Positions 47,984-57,989 of a stretch of DNA of 64,000 nucleotides are shown in pieces. Numbering within the stretch: position 1 is the stretch's first letter; the number at the start of each line of letters is the position of its first letter. This DNA is from an uncultured Acidobacteriaceae bacterium. GTDB lineage: Bacteria; Acidobacteriota; Terriglobia; Terriglobales; Acidobacteriaceae. Position numbers and translations under genes: made by a program. The stretch spans positions 87,741 to 151,740 of the forward strand of contig CAWDPH010000008.1 in NCBI GenBank assembly GCA_963804135.1. Reading direction: 5' to 3'. The notes beneath the pieces are model-generated. The model made no database searches, was not told the origin of the DNA, and saw only the letters and a list, made by a program, of their open reading frames with translations.

Positions 47984-48448
47984 ATGAAATTGAAATTCAC
48001 ATTGCGACTGGCCCTGGTTTTGACGGGCATTTCCGTTGCTTTGGCCGCCCCACTCGGTATCTATCAACATGGAACCGTGATTCGTATGCGCATGGGCGAC
48101 TGCGCGCTCACGCACCGGGGCTTCATGACCACGTTTGGGCCGTCGCAAGCTCCAGGCGATGAGGGAGCCTGCCCAGAGTACATCCTGATGACCGATAAGG
48201 TTGTGTTTTTGATCGTGGGCAAGTCGTCGAATCAACTGGTGCCGCTCTCGGAAGTCATCGATTTCCGTTTACAGAACAAAGAATTGGCGGTGCGCGTGGA
48301 CGATGCCCGCCACGAATCCAAGTTCGCCATTAAGGAAATGACGCTGCGCTCGGAGTGGGAGCGCATCCAGAGGCACATCGAGGGTCAACTCAACGAATCG
48401 CGGCGCGAACCCGTGGATACGTCGCTGGCGCGGAGGAACCCGGATTAA
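47984..48448 (+). CDS. hypothetical secreted protein
   Basis: GGAGA RBS and signal peptide MKLKFTLRLALVLTGISVALA. No family recognised. Confidence 0.5.
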   Translation: MKLKFTLRLALVLTGISVALAAPLGIYQHGTVIRMRMGDCALTHRGFMTTFGPSQAPGDEGACPEYILMTDKVVFLIVGKSSNQLVPLSEVIDFRLQNKELAVRVDDARHESKFAIKEMTLRSEWERIQRHIEGQLNESRREPVDTSLARRNPD

Positions 48449-48470
48449 CCGAGTCATGCTGGTGCGTTTG

Positions 48471-48675
48471 GACATGAGATCAAACCCTATTACCGCAAAG
48501 GACGCAGAGCGCGCTGAGAAAAGACGGTTGTGAATCTCTTCACGTTCGACGGCGTGGAAACAATTAACTTGGCCTCGTCGGCACAGGGGGCATGCCGGGA
48601 TACAGTCCAAAAAAACTCTGCGGACTCAGCGTTCTCCGCGGTTCAATTCCGGCGAATCTGGCATGAGATCAACCC
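48471..48675. mobile_element. MITE-like family-D element bounded by a direct repeat
   Basis: Arms are ACCGCAAAGGACGCAGAGCGCGCTGAGAA (48492-48520) and CTCTGCGGACTCAGCGTTCTCCGCGGT (48616-48642). Outside them lie GACATGAGATCAAACCC (48471-48487) and GGCATGAGATCAACCC (48660-48675). Confidence 0.55.
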
Positions 48676-48729
48676 ACGAACCAAAGCTGCGATTGACGGA
48701 AAACACGCCGGGAGCCAGACTGAAATGTC

Positions 48730-49932
48730 ATGGCAAAATTTCGGGTTGGCATTCTCTTTGGCGGACGCAGCGGCGAGCATGAAGTGTCGCTGCTGTCGGC
48801 GGCTTCCGTTCTGAAGGCAATCGATAAAACAAAATACGAAGTGGTTCCCATCGGCATCACGAAAGACGGCCGATGGCTCACGGCGGAACATGCCGAGAGA
48901 TTGCTGAAAGGAGACGCGGGCGGGGGCGCCCGCGCCACACAACCTACGCAGCTTCGCGCGGGCGATCCGGAGGCTACTCCGGGGGCAGCGCTGCTGGCCA
49001 CGGGCGAGTCGGTGGTGGTTCCTCCCGAACCGTCGCATCGCGAAGCTGGACTGGCGCCGTTTCAGACCGATGCGAATCTGCGGCGCGCCGCCGATCGGGC
49101 CATCAACGTCGACGTTATTTTCCCCGTGCTCCACGGAACCTTCGGCGAAGATGGGACGATTCAGGGTCTGCTCGAGCTGGCCGACATCGCCTACGTAGGC
49201 GCCGGCGTGCTCGGCTCCTCCGCGGGCATGGATAAAGACATTATGAAGTCTTTGTTCCGCGCCGCCGGATTGCCCATCGTGAAACACGCGACCGTGGTGC
49301 GCGGCCAATTCGAGCGCGAGCCCAGGAAAGTAGAAAAGCTGGTGGAGAGCAAGCTGAAATATCCGGTCTTCGTGAAGCCGGCAAACCTGGGGTCGTCGGT
49401 GGGAATCTCGAAGGCGCACGATCGCAAGGAACTCGGCCCGGCCATCGCGGAAGCGGCAAAGTTCGATCGCAAGATCGTGATCGAAGAAGGCGTCGGCGGA
49501 AAGAAGAACAAGGCACGCGAGATCGAGTGCGCGGTGCTCGGCAACGACGATCCCAAAGCGTCGGTTGCCGGAGAAATCGTTCCCTGCAAGGAGTTCTACG
49601 ACTACGACGCAAAGTATCTGGCGGAGGGGTCGGAAGGGATCATCCCCGCGAAGATCACAAAAGCGGAAATGAAAACGGTGCAGAGGCTGGCAATCGCGGC
49701 GTTTCAAGCCGTCGATTGCACCGGCCTGGCGCGCGTCGATTTTCTGATGGACCCCAAATCCCGCAAGATTTTTGTCAACGAGATCAACACCATGCCGGGC
49801 TTCACCGCGATCAGCATGTATCCCAAGCTGTGGGCGGCAACGGGAGTGCCGTATCCCGAGTTAATCGATCGGCTGATCCAGTTGGGGATCGAGCGGCACG
49901 AAGACAAGAAGCGGAATCGATACAGCCGATAG
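48730..49932 (+). CDS. ddl: D-alanine--D-alanine ligase
   Basis: VGILFGGRSGEHEVSL, VLHGTFGEDGTIQG, KPANLGSSVGI, EINTMPGFT. About 400 aa owing to a low-complexity insert near residue 60. Confidence 0.95.
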   Translation: MAKFRVGILFGGRSGEHEVSLLSAASVLKAIDKTKYEVVPIGITKDGRWLTAEHAERLLKGDAGGGARATQPTQLRAGDPEATPGAALLATGESVVVPPEPSHREAGLAPFQTDANLRRAADRAINVDVIFPVLHGTFGEDGTIQGLLELADIAYVGAGVLGSSAGMDKDIMKSLFRAAGLPIVKHATVVRGQFEREPRKVEKLVESKLKYPVFVKPANLGSSVGISKAHDRKELGPAIAEAAKFDRKIVIEEGVGGKKNKAREIECAVLGNDDPKASVAGEIVPCKEFYDYDAKYLAEGSEGIIPAKITKAEMKTVQRLAIAAFQAVDCTGLARVDFLMDPKSRKIFVNEINTMPGFTAISMYPKLWAATGVPYPELIDRLIQLGIERHEDKKRNRYSR

Positions 49933-49935
49933 TTC

Positions 49936-50075
49936 TTCACCGCCGAGACGCCGAGTTCGCCGAGAAAGTCTTTTTTGGGCTTTTGACCGATACTTTCCGA
50001 TTTGCTGTGTCCTCTGGGATCTTTGTGGGTTAAACCCATGGCTCGTCTCGGCGCACTCGGCGTCTCGGCGGTGAA
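49936..50075. repeat. Family-D inverted-repeat element
   Basis: TTCACCGCCGAGACGCCGAGTTCGCCGAGAA (49936-49966) versus TCTCGGCGCACTCGGCGTCTCGGCGGTGAA (50046-50075). Confidence 0.8.
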
Positions 50076-50313
50076 AATCTCTGGTGGACAGACTGGGGAG
50101 ATTCGTGGTATCCGCCCGCCCCGAATCGCGTTTGACACTGTTCCAACGCGGTTGCTATAGTCAGGGAGTCCCTGTTGGACGTGATTTCGAACCAGCTGGA
50201 ATTGTCCTAGGGTCGTCCGCCAGGTCGGCCTCAACGCAACTTAAAGACCACGCCAGCAGTCCGCTATGCAACGTCCCGCATGTCGCGCCCAAACGCGCGT
50301 CGACGCAGAGGCT

Positions 50314-52251
<1,938 letters not shown>

Positions 52252-52274
52252 ATTCCAAGGCCGTCAAGAATTAA

Positions 52275-52303
52275 GGCCCCCCTGAGGGGTGGCCCTTTTT
52301 CTT
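52275..52303. terminator. intrinsic terminator after rpsA (GC-rich hairpin plus CTTTTTCTT)
   Basis: GGCCCCCC-TGA-GGGGTGGCC stem with one bulge, followed by a T-run. Convergent with the 52313 gene, whose side also has a T-rich run. Confidence 0.65.
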
Positions 52304-52312
52304 GCCCTTAGC

Positions 52313-52711
52313 TCACTTGCTGCCGGCTTTAGTGTCGATTTTCAAATCGATGTAAACCTGCGGGCGATCGTCAAATTGGCTGACCGTTTTTGTGCCACTC
52401 TTGCGGTTGTTGTACTGCGCATACACTTCGTAATCGATGGTGGGCTGGAGGGCCGGGAAACGGTAGGCACCGTCCGGACCCACGATGTAGGTTTTCACGG
52501 AGCGAGTGCGAGTGTTGGTCAGATATACGACTGCATTCGGCAAAGGATTATCGCCGCCGTCGAGCACCTTGCCCGTGAGCAGGCGGGTCTTGTCTGGCTT
52601 CGAAGAGCGGCCGAACTGCGGCGCCGGAGCGGCTAGGGCCCGGGTCGAGAATACCGGCGCCGACACGATGACCAGCAGCGCAGCCGCAACCGTAATGACC
52701 GCATTCTTCAT
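52313..52711 (-). CDS. small secreted carboxypeptidase-regulatory-like (Ig-fold) domain protein
   Basis: ATG at 52711 gives the signal peptide MKNAVITVAAALLVIVSAPVFS. GKVLDGGDNPLPNAVVYL...GPDGAYRF pattern. Confidence 0.55.
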   Translation of the reverse strand: MKNAVITVAAALLVIVSAPVFSTRALAAPAPQFGRSSKPDKTRLLTGKVLDGGDNPLPNAVVYLTNTRTRSVKTYIVGPDGAYRFPALQPTIDYEVYAQYNNRKSGTKTVSQFDDRPQVYIDLKIDTKAGSK

Positions 52712-52764
52712 GAAATTCTCGTTTGCCGCCAATGGTTGCCGTCGATTCCCCGCCACGGCGGCTC

Positions 52765-53160
52765 TTACCAGTCTAAATGAAGACCGATGTCGGAACGCTC
52801 GTCGTTGTCGATATGCACGGTGACTTCGGAGCCAGGCTTCAGCCGTTTGCCCGAGGAAAGCTTGACGCCTTTGACGTCCGCCCAAACAATGTAGTCGGCG
52901 GTGCCGGCGGGCAGCCGCTGGGCGAACTCGCCGGTGTGATTGGAGTAAAGCTCCCAGCGGGCTTTGTTGGCCTTGTCAGTGGCCAGCCGGATCTTCACTT
53001 TGATGCCATAGACTGGGTGCCCGTCCGGGTCCCAAACCGTTCCGAAGATTAGAGCGTAAGGCTTCGGCTTTTCGCGGCCGCTACCGGGAGCGCTCGCGGG
53101 CGCAAGCAGAGACACCAGGAACACGGCCGGCAAAGCCAGCCCGGCCAAGCGGCGGAACAC
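52765..53160 (-). CDS. small secreted carboxypeptidase-regulatory-like domain protein (paralogue of the previous)
   Basis: GTG start, signal peptide, FGTVWDPDGHPVYGIKVKI...NHTGEF pattern. Confidence 0.55.
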   Translation of the reverse strand: MFRRLAGLALPAVFLVSLLAPASAPGSGREKPKPYALIFGTVWDPDGHPVYGIKVKIRLATDKANKARWELYSNHTGEFAQRLPAGTADYIVWADVKGVKLSSGKRLKPGSEVTVHIDNDERSDIGLHLDW

Positions 53161-53180
53161 CCGGAAATGTGCGGAGTTGT

Positions 53181-53399
53181 TCAGGAATCCTCGTCCTCAT
53201 CCTCTTCGTCGTCGTCGACGTCTTCATCGTCCTCGTCGTCTTCTTCGAGCTCGTCCGCGCCGACGACTTTCAATTCAACGGGATTCACCGTGACCACCTC
53301 GAAGTCCGTGCCGCACTCCGGGCAGGAGACGACCGCGCCTTCATCGACTTCATCTTCGTCGATGTCGAGATCCGTCTCGCATTCAGGACAGTACACCAT
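53181..53399 (-). CDS. LysW-like zinc-ribbon protein with polyacidic C-terminal tail
   Basis: ATG at 53399 with GGAGG 5 nt upstream. MVYCPEC...VSCPECGTDFEVVTVNPVELKVV, then about 30 Asp/Glu residues. Confidence 0.55.
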   Translation of the reverse strand: MVYCPECETDLDIDEDEVDEGAVVSCPECGTDFEVVTVNPVELKVVGADELEEDDEDDEDVDDDEEDEDEDS

Positions 53400-53459
53400 G
53401 ATTTCCTCCACACTCGGGGTACCCTGTTATATTTAGTTTCTTCGTGAGGAAAAGGTCAA

Positions 53460-54917
53460 GTGGCTAACCAGAAAAATTCCGCAATGGCCGAATCTGTGAG
53501 TTTTCGCTGTTTTTCCACAAACCTTGTGGCCGGCGTGATGGTTGCCCTGGCGCTGGCGTCTTGCGGTCCTCTGTGCCGCGCGCAGGAAATGGCTCAGGAA
53601 CCGCCGCGCCTGGCGGCGGACCGGCACACCGATCCGCGCATCGCCGAGGCGATCCGGCAGGTTTCGGCGGACCATATCCGGCAGACAATTGAAAAGCTGG
53701 TCGGCTTTCAGAACCGGTCGACGATCTCCGCGCAGGACGAGGAATCGATCAAAGCCGGCAAGGGAATCGGGGCGGCGCGGGAGTGGATCAAGGCGGAGTT
53801 CGAGCGTTATTCCAAAGACTGCGGCGGCTGCCTCGAGGTGAAAACCGACAGTTTCACCGAGCAGCCCGGCGACCGCATTCCGAAGCCGACAGAAATCACC
53901 AATGTTTATGCGGTGCTGCGCGGAGCCGATCCGCAGCAGGCAAACCGCATCGTGCTCGTAACCGGCCATTACGACTCGCGCAACAGCGATAATTTTAACG
54001 GGACCGACCCTGCGCCGGGGGCGAATGACGATGGCAGCGGGACGGCGGTGAGCCTGGAATGCGCCCGAGTCCTGAGCAAGGCGCAGATCAAGTTTCCAGC
54101 CACGATTATCTTTCTAACCGTTGCCGGCGAAGAGCAGGGTCTCTACGGCAGCAAGCACTTCGCCCAGATGGCCAAACAGCAGGGATGGAAGATCGAAGCG
54201 GCCCTGAACAACGACATCGTAGGCGGAAACCTCGGGGCCGACCAGGATGCGGGCGTGGTGCGCGTGTTTTCCGAAGGACTGCCGGCGGCGGCGACGGAGG
54301 CTGAAATCCGGCGAATTCGAGCGCTCGGCGGAGAAAGCGACTCGCTTTCGCGCGAACTGGCCCGCTACATCGCCGATGTCGGGCGCTCCTACGATGCTCG
54401 GGTCAAGCCCCTTCTGATTTTCCGCCTAGACCGCTTTCTGCGCGGAGGCGACCACTACTCGTTCAATCAGCAGGGCTTTGCCGCGGTGCGGTTCACGGAA
54501 TTCCGCGAGGACTTCAACCATCAGCATCAGAACGTTCGTAAGGATGACGTCAGCGGCATCGAATACGGGGACCTGCCGAAGTTCGTGGACTTCGACTACG
54601 TGGCGCAGGTAGCGCGGCTGAACGCGGCTACTCTGGCCTCGCTGGCATCGGCTCCAGCGCCGCCGACCAGCGTAAAAATGCAGACGAAGAACCTCGATAA
54701 CGACACAACTTTGACGTGGGAACCTTCGGCCGGAGCGGCCAGCTACGAGGTAGTCTGGCGCTCGACGAACGCGTCCGATTGGGAGTACGTCCAAACGGTC
54801 AGTAGCGGTACGCGTGCAACCCTGAAGGTTTCGAAGGATAATGTGATATTCGCCGTGCGCACGGTGGACGCGGCGGGACATCGCAGTCTGCCGGTTGTGC
54901 CGGAGCCAGAAAGATAA
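53460..54917 (+). CDS. M28-family metallopeptidase with C-terminal fibronectin type III domain
   Basis: VLVTGHYDS, GANDDGSGTAV, AGEEQGLYGS zinc-ligand motifs. The C-terminal LTWEPSAGAASYEVVWR is FN3-like. Confidence 0.85.
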   Translation: MANQKNSAMAESVSFRCFSTNLVAGVMVALALASCGPLCRAQEMAQEPPRLAADRHTDPRIAEAIRQVSADHIRQTIEKLVGFQNRSTISAQDEESIKAGKGIGAAREWIKAEFERYSKDCGGCLEVKTDSFTEQPGDRIPKPTEITNVYAVLRGADPQQANRIVLVTGHYDSRNSDNFNGTDPAPGANDDGSGTAVSLECARVLSKAQIKFPATIIFLTVAGEEQGLYGSKHFAQMAKQQGWKIEAALNNDIVGGNLGADQDAGVVRVFSEGLPAAATEAEIRRIRALGGESDSLSRELARYIADVGRSYDARVKPLLIFRLDRFLRGGDHYSFNQQGFAAVRFTEFREDFNHQHQNVRKDDVSGIEYGDLPKFVDFDYVAQVARLNAATLASLASAPAPPTSVKMQTKNLDNDTTLTWEPSAGAASYEVVWRSTNASDWEYVQTVSSGTRATLKVSKDNVIFAVRTVDAAGHRSLPVVPEPER

Positions 54918-54948
54918 AGTGCCTCGCGGACAAACCATCTCGTTCAGC

Positions 54949-55758
54949 ATGCCCCCCTTTGCGGGGTGGGTGAAACGCATCATTATCGCTTGCACTGCGA
55001 TCTTCCTGCTGGAACTGATCGTGCGCCGTGTATTTGGCGCCAGTCTCGGCTGGGTGGATGAGTGGTTTGCACTGATACCGGTCTTCGTGATGAAGGGCGA
55101 GATCTGGCAACTTGTGACCTATTCGCTCCTACATCTCAACTTCAGTCATCTGTTCTTCAACATGCTGACGCTCTGGTTCATCGGCGCATACCTGGAGAGC
55201 GACTGGGGATCGCGGCGATTCATCGAGTGCTACACCTTTTGCGTGGTGGGCGCCGCGCTGGTAACCATTGCGGTCTCTTATTCACATTTTCTGGGAATGA
55301 ACGAGCACGGCGGAACCGTGGGCGCCTCGGGGGGCATTTTCGGACTGCTGATGGCCTTCGGCATCCTTTATGCCGACCAGGAAATGTTTCTGTTTCCGCT
55401 ACCATTCCGGATCAAGGCCAAGTACCTGGTCGGCATCTGGGTGATCGTCGCTCTCGTTGCGATTTTCGATCCAAGGCAAGGTGGAATCGCGGTGTTTGCT
55501 CATCTCGGCGGATTGCTTTTTGGCTACCTCTGGGTGAAGTTCCTGCCTTCTCGCGGCCTCAGCTATGCGGCGTCGGAGCGCTATTTCGGCGTGCGCAACT
55601 CTTACTACCGCTGGAAGCGGCGGCGCGCGGCGAGAAAATTCGAAGTCTACATGAAAGATCACGACCGCAAAGTCACCTTCGACGAACACGGAAACTACGT
55701 GCCCCCCGACGATAACGACAAGACCAATGGCGGATCGAAATCGGGCTGGGTGAATTAG
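54949..55758 (+). CDS. rhomboid-family intramembrane serine protease
   Basis: Six TM helices. HLNFSHLFFNM, catalytic GASGGIFGL and AHLGGLLFG. Confidence 0.85.
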   Translation: MPPFAGWVKRIIIACTAIFLLELIVRRVFGASLGWVDEWFALIPVFVMKGEIWQLVTYSLLHLNFSHLFFNMLTLWFIGAYLESDWGSRRFIECYTFCVVGAALVTIAVSYSHFLGMNEHGGTVGASGGIFGLLMAFGILYADQEMFLFPLPFRIKAKYLVGIWVIVALVAIFDPRQGGIAVFAHLGGLLFGYLWVKFLPSRGLSYAASERYFGVRNSYYRWKRRRAARKFEVYMKDHDRKVTFDEHGNYVPPDDNDKTNGGSKSGWVN

Positions 55759-55825
55759 CCGTCAGCCGTCAGACATCAGCTCTCAGTAAAATCTACCGCA
55801 CGCAATCCTCCAGAAAACTCCGGCC

Positions 55826-55850
55826 GTAGAGACGCGGCTTGCCGCGTCTC
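55826..55850. repeat. Family-C palindrome GTAGAGACGCGGCTTGCCGCGTCTC (intergenic copy)
   Basis: Identical 25-mer to 34251-34275. Confidence 0.85.
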
Positions 55851-55885
55851 GGACTGCCTAAGAATTTTGGTCCGCGACGGTTTTC

Positions 55886-55953
55886 GGGAAGGGCACGACT
55901 TCAGTCGTGCCGCTACAGCCCGCTGGAAATACGGGCTTTAGCCCCTGAGGGCC
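55886..55953. repeat. Family-A repeat, inverted orientation
   Basis: GGGAAGGGCACGACTTCAGTCGTGCCGC...GGGCTTTAGCCCCTGAGGGCC. Overlaps the last 5 codons and the stop of the 55938-56606 gene. Confidence 0.75.
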
Positions 55954-56606
55954 AGTTCTTCAAATCTGGCTAAGATGCTTGCCGGGAGTTCCACCGCTCG
56001 TTCTTTCCCTTTGAATCCCAAATCGTGACCTGCGCCTTTCACTGTCATCAACTCGGTTTTGGCCGGGATCAGTTTCAGCGCCTTCGCTAATTCCTCGGTG
56101 CTTCCAAATGGATCGCGCGTTCCATGCACGAACAGGCTCGGAGCGCGCAGGTCGGGGAGATGCTGAATGCGGAGCTGTTCCTTTTTGCGCGGTGGATGTA
56201 ATGGGTACGAAAGCAGGAGGAGTCCGGAGACAAGCTCTGGTTCGGCGGCGCAGAGTATGGTCGACTGGCGCCCACCGTAGGAGTGGCCGCCGAGAAAGAT
56301 CCGGCCCGTGACATTCTTGCGCAAGGCAGCGACCGCGTTGCCAAGGCCCGCGCGATCGCGTTCCGCATTTCCCGGAAACGGCGGGCCGGTGCGCCGCTCC
56401 TGGCGGTAGGGCAGATCGCAGCGCAGAACGAGGTAACCCTGTCCGGCAAAGGTTTCGCTGAGCGCCACCAGCAAAGGAGCCGTCGAATCCGAACCCGCGC
56501 CGTGCGTCAGGATCAGCGCGTCGCCGTTTGGCGCATCGGGGGCGTGCAGCCAGCCTCGTACCGCGGGCTCGACCGAGTGCTGAAAGAATGGGATCGCAGG
56601 CTGCAT
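55938..56606 (-). CDS. alpha/beta hydrolase (dienelactone-hydrolase / KANL3-Tex30-like)
   Basis: ILTHGAGSD, nucleophile elbow GGHSYGG, HGTRDPFG, GAGHDL. Start at ATG 56606 (or 56675). The rest of the 629-aa track ORF is antisense to the GT4 gene. Confidence 0.75.
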   Translation of the reverse strand: MQPAIPFFQHSVEPAVRGWLHAPDAPNGDALILTHGAGSDSTAPLLVALSETFAGQGYLVLRCDLPYRQERRTGPPFPGNAERDRAGLGNAVAALRKNVTGRIFLGGHSYGGRQSTILCAAEPELVSGLLLLSYPLHPPRKKEQLRIQHLPDLRAPSLFVHGTRDPFGSTEELAKALKLIPAKTELMTVKGAGHDLGFKGKERAVELPASILARFEELALRG

Positions 56607-56780
56607 CGCAGTAAAGCTCCTGGATTCTGGGCCGTGGCTGGCAACGTCATGCCGATTATAGGCCGTGATTTTCATCGGTGCCCCGCGAGCCGCGATCCTT
56701 GACCGTGGAACGGGGGCGTGGCAAGAGCAATCCGGCGAATTCCCTGTGTTCTCCGTGTCCTCTGTGTTTAAATTCCATTC

Positions 56781-57941
56781 GTGAAAGTAGCTATCGATAT
56801 CCGTCGCATGACGGAATTCGGCGTGGGCACCTACATCCGGAATGTAGTCCGCACGCTGGCGCGCCTGGACCGCGACAGCAAATACTTCCTCATTGGGTCG
56901 CCGGCGAAGGTGGCGGAATGTGGCGCGCTGCCGCCGAACTTCCACGCGGTGGCGCTGGACGGCGGCGACGACACGCTCAAAGGGAATCTCGCTTTCCGGG
57001 CGATTGTGAAGCGCCTGGAATGCGATGTGGTTCACATCCCGCACCTGTTCTGGATTCCGCGCGGGCTGAGCTGTCCTTATGTTTTGACCGTGCACGATCT
57101 GTTGGAGCACATGTATGGATCGCGCAACGCCTCCAGTTTGCGGCGCAGCCTGCACTTTTACCTGACGCGGCGCGTGTTGCGCAAGGCGGCGCGCGTGATT
57201 GCGGTGTCGCAATTCACCAAGAACGAAATCGAAAAGCTGTTGGCGATTCCCGATGCGCGCATCGAGGTTGTGTACAACGCGATTGACGAGCGCTTTCTGC
57301 GCGGCCACGCCACCGACGCGGATCGCGAACTGATTGCCCAGCGTTATCTGGTGAACTATCCCTTCATTCTGTATGCGGGCGCGATTCGGCCCCACAAGAA
57401 TGTGGTGCGCATCATCGAAGCGTTTTCGGCGCTGAAGAGCGAACTGCACAAGCAACAGCAGTTTCCGGATTTGAAGCTCATCATCATCGGGGACGATCTG
57501 TCGAGCCATCCGCGGCTGCGGCGCACGGTTGTACGGAGCGGGGTGCAGAACGACGTGCGCTTCCTGGGATTTGTGCCTATCGAAGTGCTGCGCATTTTTT
57601 ATGATGTCGCGAAGATTTTTGTGTTTCCGTCGCTTTACGAAGGATTTGGATTGCCGCCGCTGGAGGCGATGGCTCACGGAACGCCGGTGGTCACTTCGAA
57701 CACATCGAGCCTGCCGGAAGTGGCGGGGAACGCGGCGCTGCTGGTGAATCCGGAAAACGTGTTTGAAATTCGACGCGCTTTGCAGCGCGTGCTGCTGGAT
57801 CCGGCGCTGCGCGAGCGCATGAAACAACGCGGCTACGAACAGGCGCAGCGATTTTCCTGGACGAACTCGGTGGCGCGAATTCTCGATATTTATCGCGAAG
57901 TAGCGGGCGGCCGCGTGTCCCGCGGGGTCGCCGCCGACTGA
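56781..57941 (+). CDS. glycosyltransferase family 4 (GT-B, Glycos_transf_1)
   Basis: GTG start. VFPSLYEGFGLPPLEAMAHGTPVVTSNTSSLPEVAG is the classic EX7E region. Confidence 0.85.
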   Translation: MKVAIDIRRMTEFGVGTYIRNVVRTLARLDRDSKYFLIGSPAKVAECGALPPNFHAVALDGGDDTLKGNLAFRAIVKRLECDVVHIPHLFWIPRGLSCPYVLTVHDLLEHMYGSRNASSLRRSLHFYLTRRVLRKAARVIAVSQFTKNEIEKLLAIPDARIEVVYNAIDERFLRGHATDADRELIAQRYLVNYPFILYAGAIRPHKNVVRIIEAFSALKSELHKQQQFPDLKLIIIGDDLSSHPRLRRTVVRSGVQNDVRFLGFVPIEVLRIFYDVAKIFVFPSLYEGFGLPPLEAMAHGTPVVTSNTSSLPEVAGNAALLVNPENVFEIRRALQRVLLDPALRERMKQRGYEQAQRFSWTNSVARILDIYREVAGGRVSRGVAAD

Positions 57942-57989
57942 AGTTTTGTGTGGTGGCGGGGCTCAGCCCCGTCCCCACACTCCCGTATA

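Noticed and set aside
56607-57827. N-terminal ~400 codons of the 629-aa minus-strand ORF ending at 55938
   Set aside because: Only the last 222 codons look like an alpha/beta hydrolase. The upstream part is antisense to the GT4 gene and has shadow-ORF composition.
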